This document shows positions 55,446-64,000 of a stretch of 64,000 bases of DNA, piece by piece; within the stretch, counting starts at the first letter, position 1, and each line of letters begins with the position of its first letter. A program made the position numbers and the translations under genes. The notes below the pieces were generated by a model, which was not told the origin of the DNA, made no database searches, and saw nothing but the letters and a program-made list of their open reading frames with translations. The stretch comes from Acidimicrobiia bacterium (GTDB lineage Bacteria > Actinomycetota > Acidimicrobiia > Spongiisociales > UBA5794): NCBI GenBank assembly GCA_030065575.1, contig JASJDZ010000043.1, forward strand, positions 2,564 to 66,563, read 5' to 3'.

Positions 55446-56273
55446 TCAGCCCTGGGGTTGTCCACGCTCTTCAACGGCCTTGCCGATGTGCTGGACGTAT
55501 TGAGCCATGGCATGGTCGCTGAAGTGGTCGACCTTCCCCTTCTTGAGCCCGTGGAAGAACCCGCGCCATCGGTCCTTCGCTCGTTGGCGCTTGGTCATCC
55601 GCCGCACGTTCCCGTAGGTGTTGATGTAGAGGCGACGCCCGGTGTGTCGGTATCCGAGCCAGGTGGGCGGGACGCGAGGCACGATGTCGTTGTTGTTGAC
55701 CCATCGGGTGAGGTCGACGTCGACGTTGTTGATATAGCGCTTGGTACCCACCCGGGGAGCTCCAAACGTGTAGACACCCGCCGGCATCGCCGGGATGTGG
55801 GCGAGGAAGCAACGGCCGGCGCAGATCGTGGCCATGGCGCCGCCTAGCGAGTGCCCGGTGAACCACAGGGTGCGGGGATCATCGGCGATGATCTCCTCGA
55901 GCAGCGGCCAAAGGTCGTCCACTTCCTGCTTGAAGCCGCGATGGACGCGACCGACGGTTTCTGCCAGCACCATCAATGCGTTGACGTCAGCCTTGACGTC
56001 GTTCCAGTCATTCGGTTCTGTGCCTCGGCATGCAACAACGATGTCTGTCTCGTTCCCGAAGACGTACGCCTGTGCTCCATTCCGATCTGCGAAATGCTCC
56101 AGATCGAGGCCTATTTGCGGGACGTAGTGGCGAACGGCGTCAGGCTGCAGGTAGGAGATGCGCGAGATCTCGGCGAACAGCAGCGAGGCTTCCATGCGCC
56201 CGAGTGGGCCAATCGGGCCGCTGTGGGCCATCGGGATATCTATCTCGGGGACCTGGGGTTCAGACTCGCTCAC
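55446..56273 (-). CDS. Class-3 (fungal-type) lipase family alpha/beta hydrolase.
   Basis: It has a GHSLGGA nucleophile elbow and Lipase_3 family topology. Confidence 0.75.
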   Translation of the reverse strand: MSESEPQVPEIDIPMAHSGPIGPLGRMEASLLFAEISRISYLQPDAVRHYVPQIGLDLEHFADRNGAQAYVFGNETDIVVACRGTEPNDWNDVKADVNALMVLAETVGRVHRGFKQEVDDLWPLLEEIIADDPRTLWFTGHSLGGAMATICAGRCFLAHIPAMPAGVYTFGAPRVGTKRYINNVDVDLTRWVNNNDIVPRVPPTWLGYRHTGRRLYINTYGNVRRMTKRQRAKDRWRGFFHGLKKGKVDHFSDHAMAQYVQHIGKAVEERGQPQG

Positions 56274-56322
56274 GCGACAGATTCTACCCAGTCGAGGGTC
56301 ACTCGCACTCTGCCCATTCCCC

Positions 56323-58791
56323 TCACCCGACGGTCACCGCTACCGCCACCGCGCCCTCGCCGTCGGCGGGCACCGGCGCCACTCCATCAGCAACCGGAAT
56401 GCCATCCACCAGCATGTGGATTTCATTTCCGGGACCCGTCCGCTGGACTGCAATGTCGTAGACGACACCGCGGAAGATGCGACGGGCACTGAATCCATCC
56501 CAGTGGGAGGGGAGCACCGGGCGGACTTCGAGCCCGTTGAAGGTGGGCCGAATGCCGAGGATCGCCTGGGTGATCGCGACGTAGTTCCACGCCGCCGTTC
56601 CGGTGAGCCATGAGTTCTTGGCCTCACCGTGACTCGGAGCGTCGCGGCCGGCAATTGTCTGCGCATACACGTACGGCTCTGCCCGGTGCACATCGCTGAT
56701 CTCTTCGCGCTCGGCGGGGCAGATACGGCGGTAGTACTCGAACGCTCGGTCCCCATTGCCCACCATCGTCTCGGCGACCACGATCCACGGATTGGAGTGA
56801 CAGAAGATGCTGCCGTTCTCCTTGTACCCCGGCGGGTACGTGGTTATCTCGCCCAGTTCAACGCGGTAGCCCGTGTACGGAGGTTGAACCAGCATGATCC
56901 CGTGATCCGTTGCGAGGTGCTCGGCGACTGAGTCGAGCGCTCTCGCCGCCAAACCGTTGGCCAGGCCGGCTCCACCCATGATGCTCCAGCCCTGCGATTC
57001 GATGAATACCCGACCTTCGTCACACTCGGCAGAACCAACCTTGTTTCCGAAGTGGTCGTAGGCGCGCACGAACCACTCACCGTCCCATCCTGCGGGACCT
57101 TCGATGATTGCGAGCATATCGGTTCGGGCTGTGGCGTACCGTGCGGCCAGATCGGGCCGGTCGATCTCCTGCGCTAGTGCCACCATCTCTGCGGCTGCAG
57201 CGCAGAACAACCCGGCGATCATGACGCTCTCCGCAACCTTGCCGTCACGACTCGTCGTGGTCTGGAACGACTCGCCGGGCTCCTCGGAGAAGCAGTTCAG
57301 GTTCAGACAGTCGTTCCAGTCTGCGCGACCGATCAGCGGTAGACCGTGCGGGCCGCGGCGGTCCAGCGTGAACTGCAACGAACGCTGGAGATGGTCGAGG
57401 AGTGGCTGCTCCGTCCCCGGGGTGTTCTGATACACAACCAACTCGTCGAGGATGCTCCGGTCGCCGGTCTCGCGAACGTAGGCAACGACCGCAAGGACGA
57501 GCCACAGGGGATCGTCGTTGAAATTGGTTCCAACAGCGTCATTACCTCGCTTGGTGAGCGGCTGATACTGATGGAAAGCGCCCCCATCCGGAAGCTGGGT
57601 AGCGGCTAGGTCGAGAATCCGCTCTCGAGCGCGCTCAGGGGCCATGTGGACGAATCCGAGGAGGTCCTGGTTCGAGTCGCGGAAGCCCAGGCCCCTCCCA
57701 ACGCCGGATTCGTAGAAAGAGGCAGAGCGAGACAGATTGAAGGTGACCATGTTCTGATACGCGTTCCAGATGTTCACCATGCGGTTGGTGGCCTCATCCG
57801 GCGTCGATACCTGGAAGAGCCCGAGCAGTCTGTCCCACTGCTCGCCCAGGGAGCCGAACGATCGGTCGACATGTTCTTCGTCGAGGAAGCGGTCGATGAC
57901 GCTGGCGACGCGACGCTTGTCGATGCGCTCGGGGTGCTCAGCGTCGAACTTCTCGTCACGTGGATTCTCGGAGTAGCCGAGCAGGAACACAAGGCGCTGC
58001 GACGCGTGCGGCTCGAGTTCCAGATCTACCTGGTGTACGCCGACCGGAGCCCATCCGTTGGCGATGCTTCGGGTGGTCGCTCCGGACTCGACGGCCTGTG
58101 GGGTGTCCCACCCGCGATACGTGCCGAGGAAGGACTCACGCTGTGTGTCGAACCCCGCGGTTGGCGCTGAGCAAGCGAAGTAGGCGAAGTGATCACGACG
58201 TTCCCGGTACTCGGTCTTGTGATAGATGACTCCATCCTCGACCTCGACTTCCCCGGTGTTGAAGTTGCGCTGGAAGTTCGTCATGTCGTCCTGGGCATCC
58301 CAGAGGGCAAACTCGACCGAGGCAAACAGCGATAGGGAAGCCGGGGTGGCGCGCAGATTGGTGACGGTCACATCCCAAACCTCGAGTGTCTCTCCGGAAG
58401 GCACGAAGTAGCGGGTTTCCGTGCGAATCCCATCTCGAGTTGACCCGATGATCGTATAGCCGAGCCCATGCCGGCAGGAGTAGTCGTCAACTGGTGCTCG
58501 CACCGGCATCCAACTTGGAGACCAGAACTCGCCGTTGGCGCCGTCCCGGATGTAGAGGTAGCGGCCGCCAAAGTCGAAGGGGACGTTGTTGTACCGGTAG
58601 CGCGTGAGACGGCGAAGGCGCGCATCCCGGTAGAAGGAATAGCCACCGGCGGTATTCGAGATCAAGCCGAAGTAGCTCTCGGACCCCAGATAGTTGAACC
58701 AGGGGAGGGGAGTCTCCGGGGTTGTCACTACGTACTCACGGGCCGCGTCGTCGAAGTATCCGTAGCGCACAAGGACTCCTTTGATCGGCAT
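56323..58791 (-). CDS. GH94 glycoside phosphorylase (cellobiose / N,N'-diacetylchitobiose phosphorylase family).
   Basis: At 822 aa it has a GH94 N-terminal beta-sandwich and an (alpha/alpha)6 catalytic barrel. The barrel has the conserved ADWND and GRGLGFRDSNQD regions. Confidence 0.85.
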   Translation of the reverse strand: MPIKGVLVRYGYFDDAAREYVVTTPETPLPWFNYLGSESYFGLISNTAGGYSFYRDARLRRLTRYRYNNVPFDFGGRYLYIRDGANGEFWSPSWMPVRAPVDDYSCRHGLGYTIIGSTRDGIRTETRYFVPSGETLEVWDVTVTNLRATPASLSLFASVEFALWDAQDDMTNFQRNFNTGEVEVEDGVIYHKTEYRERRDHFAYFACSAPTAGFDTQRESFLGTYRGWDTPQAVESGATTRSIANGWAPVGVHQVDLELEPHASQRLVFLLGYSENPRDEKFDAEHPERIDKRRVASVIDRFLDEEHVDRSFGSLGEQWDRLLGLFQVSTPDEATNRMVNIWNAYQNMVTFNLSRSASFYESGVGRGLGFRDSNQDLLGFVHMAPERARERILDLAATQLPDGGAFHQYQPLTKRGNDAVGTNFNDDPLWLVLAVVAYVRETGDRSILDELVVYQNTPGTEQPLLDHLQRSLQFTLDRRGPHGLPLIGRADWNDCLNLNCFSEEPGESFQTTTSRDGKVAESVMIAGLFCAAAAEMVALAQEIDRPDLAARYATARTDMLAIIEGPAGWDGEWFVRAYDHFGNKVGSAECDEGRVFIESQGWSIMGGAGLANGLAARALDSVAEHLATDHGIMLVQPPYTGYRVELGEITTYPPGYKENGSIFCHSNPWIVVAETMVGNGDRAFEYYRRICPAEREEISDVHRAEPYVYAQTIAGRDAPSHGEAKNSWLTGTAAWNYVAITQAILGIRPTFNGLEVRPVLPSHWDGFSARRIFRGVVYDIAVQRTGPGNEIHMLVDGIPVADGVAPVPADGEGAVAVAVTVG

Positions 58792-58835
58792 CGCTGCGGG
58801 TATCGAAGCGAACCGCGGCGGAGCCTAGCCGCCGC

Positions 58836-60368
58836 GTGTTCGAGCCCGGCGGGTCAGTCGCCCACACCAAACGCGGTCAACCGGCCCTATCCCCGGCCGC
58901 TGCAGGTCCGCATGCTGTTGGCGTGAAACACGTAACCATCATCGGCGGTGGTGTGATCGGCTGCGCCATCGCCCGGGAATTGACCCGGTACCGTCTCGAT
59001 GTCGTCCTGGTCGAGAGCGAGGTCGAGGTTGGGTTCGGCACATCGAAGTCGAACAGCGGCATCATCCACGGCGGTCATCACACTGAGCCCGGCACCCTGA
59101 AGGGCGAACTGGCCTGGGCCGGGAATCAGCGATGGGTTCGCTTGGCTCAGGAACTCGGTTTCGGCTTCAGAAGAAACGGTGACCTGACCGTCGCCTTCGA
59201 TGAAGCAGATGTCGAGGTGCTCGAGAAGATCGCGCAGCAGGGCCGGGACCGCGACATCCCCGGGGTCGAGATCTGGGGCCCAGACAAGATCCGCCTCGAG
59301 GAGCCCAATCTCAATCAAGACATCATTGCAGCGGTGGACGGCCCGACAGCAGGAGTCGTCAATCCCTACGAGGCATGCTTTGCGCTGGTCGAATGCGCCG
59401 TCGCCAACGGGCTAGGCCTTCGCGTCGGTGCCCCGGTGACGGCCATTGAAGCTGGAGGCGATGGGCTTCTGGTTCACGCCGGCGGGGAGCCAATTGAGAC
59501 GCAGTTCGTCATCAACGCAGCAGGGGTCCATGCCGAGAAGGTGGCTCGAATGGTCGGGCTGCTCGAGCCGACCATTCGGGGACGGAAGGGGGAGGAGTAT
59601 CTCCTCGACAAGCGGCTGGCCAGCATCGTGCAACGGACGATCTTCCCTTGCCCGACGCCGACCTCGAAAGGGATCCTGGTCATACCGACCTTCGACGGGA
59701 CAATCATGGTGGGACCAACGGCCCAAGCAGTGGAGGATCTGGAGGATGTAGCCACCACTGCAGTCGGGGCCGCTACGACCTTCGACCTGGCGCGACGTCT
59801 AGTCCCCGGGATCAGCGAGCGGGATTGCATTGCCGAGTTTGCCGGAGTTCGGGCGGTTGCAGGCAACAACGACTTCGTAGTCGGACCGACAAGCGTCCCG
59901 GGCTTCTTCAACGCTGCCGGGATTCAGTCACCGGGACTGACGGCAGCACCGGCGATTGCGGAAATGCTCGTTCACATGCTGGGCGAGGCGGGACTCGATC
60001 TGCTCCCTCGCCCTGAGTTCAAGCGCACTATGCCCCGCCCCGTCCACGCTGCTTCGATCTCAGTCGGCGAGCTAACCGAAATGGCCGAGCGCGACCGGCG
60101 CTTCGCTCGAGTTGTCTGCCGTTGCGAGTTGGTGACCGAGGCCGAGATACACGATGCGATCGACCGTGGGGCGCGCACCCTCGATGGCCTCAAATTCCGC
60201 ACCCGCGCCGGTATGGGTCGCTGTCAGGGTGGTTTTTGCACCTCACGCTGCATGCAGCTACTCGCGGCTGAGTCCGGCGCCGCAATGAGTGACATCACCA
60301 AGCGGGGCGATGGCTCGTGGCTGGTTCTCGACCGCAACCAGCTGGGTACCGCTGAGGTGCCGACATGA
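58836..60368 (+). CDS. GlpA-like FAD-dependent oxidoreductase with a C-terminal BFD-like [2Fe-2S] domain. The start may instead be the GTG at 58923.
   Basis: It has a [20 protein letters not shown] motif and a DAO-type fold. The C-terminus has [15 protein letters not shown]...[12 protein letters not shown]. Confidence 0.75.
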   Translation: MFEPGGSVAHTKRGQPALSPAAAGPHAVGVKHVTIIGGGVIGCAIARELTRYRLDVVLVESEVEVGFGTSKSNSGIIHGGHHTEPGTLKGELAWAGNQRWVRLAQELGFGFRRNGDLTVAFDEADVEVLEKIAQQGRDRDIPGVEIWGPDKIRLEEPNLNQDIIAAVDGPTAGVVNPYEACFALVECAVANGLGLRVGAPVTAIEAGGDGLLVHAGGEPIETQFVINAAGVHAEKVARMVGLLEPTIRGRKGEEYLLDKRLASIVQRTIFPCPTPTSKGILVIPTFDGTIMVGPTAQAVEDLEDVATTAVGAATTFDLARRLVPGISERDCIAEFAGVRAVAGNNDFVVGPTSVPGFFNAAGIQSPGLTAAPAIAEMLVHMLGEAGLDLLPRPEFKRTMPRPVHAASISVGELTEMAERDRRFARVVCRCELVTEAEIHDAIDRGARTLDGLKFRTRAGMGRCQGGFCTSRCMQLLAAESGAAMSDITKRGDGSWLVLDRNQLGTAEVPT

Positions 60369-61645
60369 TGCCGCTGAGCAATCTCCGTGATGAGTACGAC
60401 ACTGTTGTCGTCGGAGCCGGCCCCGCCGGTATGGCCGCGGCACTCTCTGCGCTTCGCACCGGAGTAGAGACCGTCCTCATGGTCGATCGTGAGGTCGAAC
60501 CGGGCGGGATCCTCAACCAGTGCATCCACAACGGGTTTGGGCTCCATCACTTCGGCGAAGAGCTGACCGGTCCCGAGTATGCACAGCGTTTCCTCACCGA
60601 CCTGCTCGACCATCACATCGACATCGCAACCGACTGCTATGTGCTGGACGTCACCCCCGATCGCCTCGTGACTCTGATGTCACCTGCGGTCGGCGTCCGC
60701 CAGGTTCTTGCCGGGGCCGTGGTGCTGGCGATGGGAGCCAGAGAGCGAACCCGCGGCGCCATCCGCATCCCCGGACAGCGGCCCTCGGGCGTCATGACGG
60801 CGGGCCTGGCGCAGAAGTTTGTCAACCAGATGGGCCTATTGCCGGGCAAGCGGGCGGTAATCCTCGGATCGGGTGACATCGGCCTGATCATGGCAAGACG
60901 CATGACCCTCGAAGGCGTCGAGGTGCCCGGGGTATTCGAGATCATGCCGCATGCGAACGGCCTGACCCGCAACATCGTGCAGTGCCTCCATGACTTCGAT
61001 ATTCCATTGCACCTCTCCACGACCGTGGTGGAGATCCACGGGCGAGACCGCGTCGAGAAGGTGACCGTCGCTCCGGTCGATGATCAGCTGCGGCCGGATC
61101 TGAGCCGGGCGCACACGGTCAAATGCGACACCCTGTTGGCCTCGATCGGGCTCATTCCTGAGAACGAGCTGTCACAGAAGCTCGGGCTGCGCCTCGATCC
61201 GACCACGGCAGGACCCGTGGTGACATCGACGATGGAGACATCCCGGGACGGCGTGTTTGCCGCCGGCAATGTTGTGCACATTCACGATCTAGTCGACTTC
61301 GTGAGCCAGGAAGCCCTTCTCGCCGGCGAGAACGCCGCTCGCTACGTGACCGGCCGTCGGCCTCCCGCCGACAACATCAAGTTGAGCTCGGGAGCGAACG
61401 TGGCGTCGGTAGTGCCGCACACAATCTCCTCCGACCGGGAGCACACGGTGTATCTGAGGGTCCGCAAACCGATGGAGAAGAGTTGGTTGCGGCTTGGCGA
61501 CGTCTACGAGAAGCGCCTGCGCTACGTAGTACCCGCGGAGATGGTCTCGCTGAAGGTCCGGCCCCGGTTCCTGGAGCACTTCCACGGAGACAGCCTGACC
61601 ATCGATATCGTCCCCCGAGACGAGCCGGGAAGGGAGGAGCCGTGA
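60365..61645 (+). CDS. FAD/NAD(P)-binding pyridine-nucleotide-disulfide-type oxidoreductase.
   Basis: It has two Rossmann motifs ([27 protein letters not shown]). Its start overlaps the upstream stop and its stop overlaps the downstream GTG. Confidence 0.75.
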   Translation: MMPLSNLRDEYDTVVVGAGPAGMAAALSALRTGVETVLMVDREVEPGGILNQCIHNGFGLHHFGEELTGPEYAQRFLTDLLDHHIDIATDCYVLDVTPDRLVTLMSPAVGVRQVLAGAVVLAMGARERTRGAIRIPGQRPSGVMTAGLAQKFVNQMGLLPGKRAVILGSGDIGLIMARRMTLEGVEVPGVFEIMPHANGLTRNIVQCLHDFDIPLHLSTTVVEIHGRDRVEKVTVAPVDDQLRPDLSRAHTVKCDTLLASIGLIPENELSQKLGLRLDPTTAGPVVTSTMETSRDGVFAAGNVVHIHDLVDFVSQEALLAGENAARYVTGRRPPADNIKLSSGANVASVVPHTISSDREHTVYLRVRKPMEKSWLRLGDVYEKRLRYVVPAEMVSLKVRPRFLEHFHGDSLTIDIVPRDEPGREEP

Positions 61646-62040
61646 GCAGCGACGACGTGAGCAAGACGACTCAGTACCTGTGCATCGGCTGTCCCCTCGG
61701 GTGCCGGCTCGAGGTCGATGAGGGCCCGGTCGGTGACATCGTGGAGATCAGGGGTTTCTCGTGCCGCAAAGGGAAGACCTTCGCCGAACGGGAGCACACA
61801 GATCCCCGCCGGATGATCACCACTACCGTCGGGGTGACCGGCGGTCTTTGGGCTCGCCTTCCCGTGCACGCCACCGAAGAGATGCCAAAGCAACTCATGT
61901 GGGACGTCATAGAGGCGCTGCGTCGAGTCACGGTCACGGCCCCGATATCCGTGGGAGATGTCATTGTTCCCGGAATCCTCGGAACCGACGTTGACGTCGT
62001 GGCCTCCCGCGACATGCCCGCGGCGGAGCCGGCCGCGTAG
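61642..62040 (+). CDS. DUF1667 small Cys-rich protein.
   Basis: It has a GTG start after GGGAGGAG and a CIGCPLGC...FSCRKG cysteine motif. It is the third gene of the coupled triad. Confidence 0.6.
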   Translation: MSSDDVSKTTQYLCIGCPLGCRLEVDEGPVGDIVEIRGFSCRKGKTFAEREHTDPRRMITTTVGVTGGLWARLPVHATEEMPKQLMWDVIEALRRVTVTAPISVGDVIVPGILGTDVDVVASRDMPAAEPAA

Positions 62041-62099
62041 ATGACCCCCGGGAGGATCTCGAAGGTCTATGGTCATGGCGTCGTCACGTAGGTAGCGAA

Positions 62100-62711
62100 G
62101 TGCCTCCAGCCGCCAAGATCGCCTTCATCGGTTCGCATTCTGTGCGCAAGACGAACGCGGTGCACTCCTTTGCAGGAGCAGTGGGGAGATCCGGCCGCAG
62201 CGTCGAAGTCGGCCGCGAGGTTATCCGGTTCAATCCGTTGGGGCTCAACGAGGGGGCTACTCCAGAGGCTCAGCTGTGGGTGATCATGGCACAAATCCAG
62301 CAGGAGCTGGAGCTGCGTAGCAGTGCCGACGTGTTGGTGACGGATCGCGCCGTCATCGACAACTTCGCCTACTTCCTCCGCACCACCGGGGGAGAGGATC
62401 CGTTCTCCGTCAAGCCGCTGGTGAGCAGATGGTGCGGGACATACGATCTCTTCGTCCGTCTCCTGCCCAACGTTCCTTTGAAGGTCGACGGTGTGCGCAG
62501 CACGAGTGATCGTTTCCGGAATGAGATCGAGACGATTCTCAACACCATCATTCCGCTCCATGTTCCGGCTGATCGCCTGGTGACCCTGGCGGCCTCAGAG
62601 ATCACGGAGGACTTCGACTGGGGGAGCCTGCTCGAGCGCCTCGTCGGACCGCCGCCGGTGGGAGAGCCTGTTCCGCAACCGGTGACCTTGTTCCCCACGC
62701 TGTGGGATTAG
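62100..62711 (+). CDS. P-loop NTPase (AAA_28-like).
   Basis: It has a degenerate Walker A motif (IGSHSVRKTNAV) and a Walker B-like hhhhD motif (VLVTDRA). Confidence 0.5.
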   Translation: MPPAAKIAFIGSHSVRKTNAVHSFAGAVGRSGRSVEVGREVIRFNPLGLNEGATPEAQLWVIMAQIQQELELRSSADVLVTDRAVIDNFAYFLRTTGGEDPFSVKPLVSRWCGTYDLFVRLLPNVPLKVDGVRSTSDRFRNEIETILNTIIPLHVPADRLVTLAASEITEDFDWGSLLERLVGPPPVGEPVPQPVTLFPTLWD

Positions 62712-63052
62712 CTGAAGCGGCGGGTCAAGTCGACGGCGAACCTTTCCATCTCAGACCAGTCCGAAGATAGGTAGAAGCCGGCCGAGAAGTCGGTGTCCTC
62801 GCGGCGAAACGTGATCTTCAGCACCGGCCGACCGAGCGCCCATCGTCCGGCGTGCCACTTACCGAGTGAGGCTCCGGTTCCTTCGGCCCACGTGATCGTC
62901 AACGGTGTCGTCGTCAGCTTCTTGAGGAAGTGCAGGCCCTCCTCGTCGAGCCACAGCTCACCGTTGCCGCGAGCGAAGAACGCTGCAGCTCGGTAGCGCT
63001 TCCACCAACGACCGCCGACTTCGGTCCCGAAGTAGTTCCCTTTCTTCTTCAC
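62708..63052 (-). CDS. Hypothetical protein. The GTG start is inferred.
   Basis: It has coding-like GC3 and a basic N-terminus. A GGAGAGGGTGGGG tract precedes the GTG at 63052. It is convergent with the P-loop gene, with a 4-bp overlap. Confidence 0.35.
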   Translation of the reverse strand: MKKKGNYFGTEVGGRWWKRYRAAAFFARGNGELWLDEEGLHFLKKLTTTPLTITWAEGTGASLGKWHAGRWALGRPVLKITFRREDTDFSAGFYLSSDWSEMERFAVDLTRRFS

Positions 63053-63155
63053 CTGGCCATGATATGCCCCACCCTCTCCGCAGCAATCTCCGACCGGCAA
63101 CAAACCCCGGAGAGGTCACTAGTGTCGGCTGACACTGCCGGGAGCTCCCTGAATC

Positions 63156-63968
63156 GTGTCAAGACGTCTGATGTTGGGTTTGGTCGCAACGGCGCTGGTC
63201 GCCGTGGGTGCGATCCTGTTCGCGATTCCGCGCGGATCGACGGTCGACGTTTCCTTCGATTGGACTCTCGAAGATGGATGCCCCGATGCTGTTCTGATCG
63301 GAGCTGCAGGCTCGGGTCAGCGGGATGACATCCTGGGCGTTGGCCCGCAGGTGGAATCGACAGTGTCGGCATTTGTGGACCAACTCACCGAACGAGCATC
63401 AAGCTCGGTTTCGGTCGGCTTCACTGCACTCGACTACCCGGCGCCCGACTTCATCGAAGGCACTCTGCAAGCGCTTCGGGGCGACACGATGTTCGGGTCC
63501 ATAGAGGAGGGCCGGACCACAATGATCTCTCTCGTTGGGGACATCGATAGTCAGTGCACCGATTCGGGTGTCTATCTGATCGGTTTCTCGCAGGGAGCGT
63601 CGGTCGTCCACACTTCGATAGTCGAAATGCCTCTGGAGTATCGGGATGCGATTGCTGGGGCGGTCGTGCTTGCCAATCCGTACCGCGACGCAGATGACCC
63701 GAACGCACAGCACTTTACCAACCAACCGGATCCGAACAGATCCGGAGATCCTTCGCCGCACACACGGGATGGGTCGCTCACCGCTATTGCGTTGCCGGAT
63801 TGGGTGAATGGATCCTTCTACTCGGCATGTGCGCAACGCGACACTGTCTGCAATTTCGCTCTGCGCGACCTATTCGCCACCGAGGCGGCCCACACTGAAC
63901 CCGCCTACCACGGCCTGGGTCCGCAACTCGGCCGGCTCCTTGCGGATGATTTGCTTGGGCGGCTGTAA
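63156..63968 (+). CDS. Cutinase-family secreted esterase.
   Basis: It has a signal/TM segment, the cutinase signatures CPDAVLIGAAGSGQ and GFSQGA (GYSQG-type nucleophile elbow), and conserved Cys pairs. Confidence 0.7.
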   Translation: MSRRLMLGLVATALVAVGAILFAIPRGSTVDVSFDWTLEDGCPDAVLIGAAGSGQRDDILGVGPQVESTVSAFVDQLTERASSSVSVGFTALDYPAPDFIEGTLQALRGDTMFGSIEEGRTTMISLVGDIDSQCTDSGVYLIGFSQGASVVHTSIVEMPLEYRDAIAGAVVLANPYRDADDPNAQHFTNQPDPNRSGDPSPHTRDGSLTAIALPDWVNGSFYSACAQRDTVCNFALRDLFATEAAHTEPAYHGLGPQLGRLLADDLLGRL

Positions 63969-64000
63969 GAGCAGCAGACTTGATCGCCCCAGAAGGGGCG

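Noticed and set aside
62100-63103. A P-loop NTPase and a small hypothetical gene as a two-gene defence or toxin-antitoxin module.
   Set aside because: The genes are convergent, not co-directional. I see no nuclease or toxin fold, and the Walker A motif is degenerate.
1-64000. CRISPR arrays, tRNA/rRNA genes and IS, integrase or phage genes.
   Set aside because: I found no short regularly spaced repeats, no cloverleaf-compatible 70-90-nt non-coding stretches, and no transposase, integrase or recombinase-like ORFs. Coding density leaves no gap above about 190 nt.

Overview
This is a high-GC (about 65%) window of actinobacterial-type chromosome, densely packed with about 70 genes. Many are translationally coupled through ATGA, GTGA or TGATG overlaps. 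I found no rRNA, tRNA, CRISPR array, transposase or integrase. Content in order:

- **1-3000:** an ECF sigma/anti-sigma pair, a small PLDc_N membrane protein and an SDR.
- **3031-6852:** an amino-sugar regulatory locus. A GntR/HutC-ROK kinase operon sits divergent from an SIS-domain gene, separated by a DasR/NagR-like GTCTAGAC palindrome. A ROK-family repressor follows.
- **6957-19712:** a 13-gene carbohydrate catabolic island. It holds a sugar ABC transporter, Gfo/Idh/MocA, a xylose-isomerase-like TIM barrel, an FAD oxidoreductase, a PTE-like hydrolase, a Zn-ADH, an SDR, an SMP-30 lactonase and a DUF4432 mutarotase-like protein.
- **19739-21633:** nagB coupled to a second Gfo/Idh/MocA oxidoreductase, under a second related palindrome.
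- **23076-27418:** a four-gene 2-oxoacid:ferredoxin oxidoreductase operon. The delta ferredoxin is fused to a GltD-like NAD(P)H flavoprotein.
- **27497-29356:** a secreted M23 peptidase fused to an LVIVD beta-propeller.
- **31637-37472:** a mycobacterial-type conserved locus (gcvH, garA-FHA, MerR, dacB-like, hpt, DUF151, MerR), then gcvT.
- **37555-51969:** housekeeping genes: ppgK, add, rnhB, maf, a Na/Pi cotransporter, HD-GYP, a Trx-CcdA-like fusion, rbsK, kynU and an M24 peptidase.
- **52115-53551:** a secreted protein with two SLH-like repeats and a beta-helix.
- **53538-55136:** a purine/pyrimidine salvage trio, including a second hpt.
- **55446-58791:** a class-3 lipase and a GH94 glycoside phosphorylase.
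- **58836-62040:** a GlpA-like FAD/BFD, pyridine-nucleotide oxidoreductase, DUF1667 triad.
- **63156-63968:** a cutinase-like gene.

The candidate novel systems are: (i) the transporter-linked oxidise-then-eliminate plus lactonase island; (ii) the NAD(P)-linked OFOR variant; (iii) the putative HutC regulon coupling nagB to a Gfo oxidoreductase.
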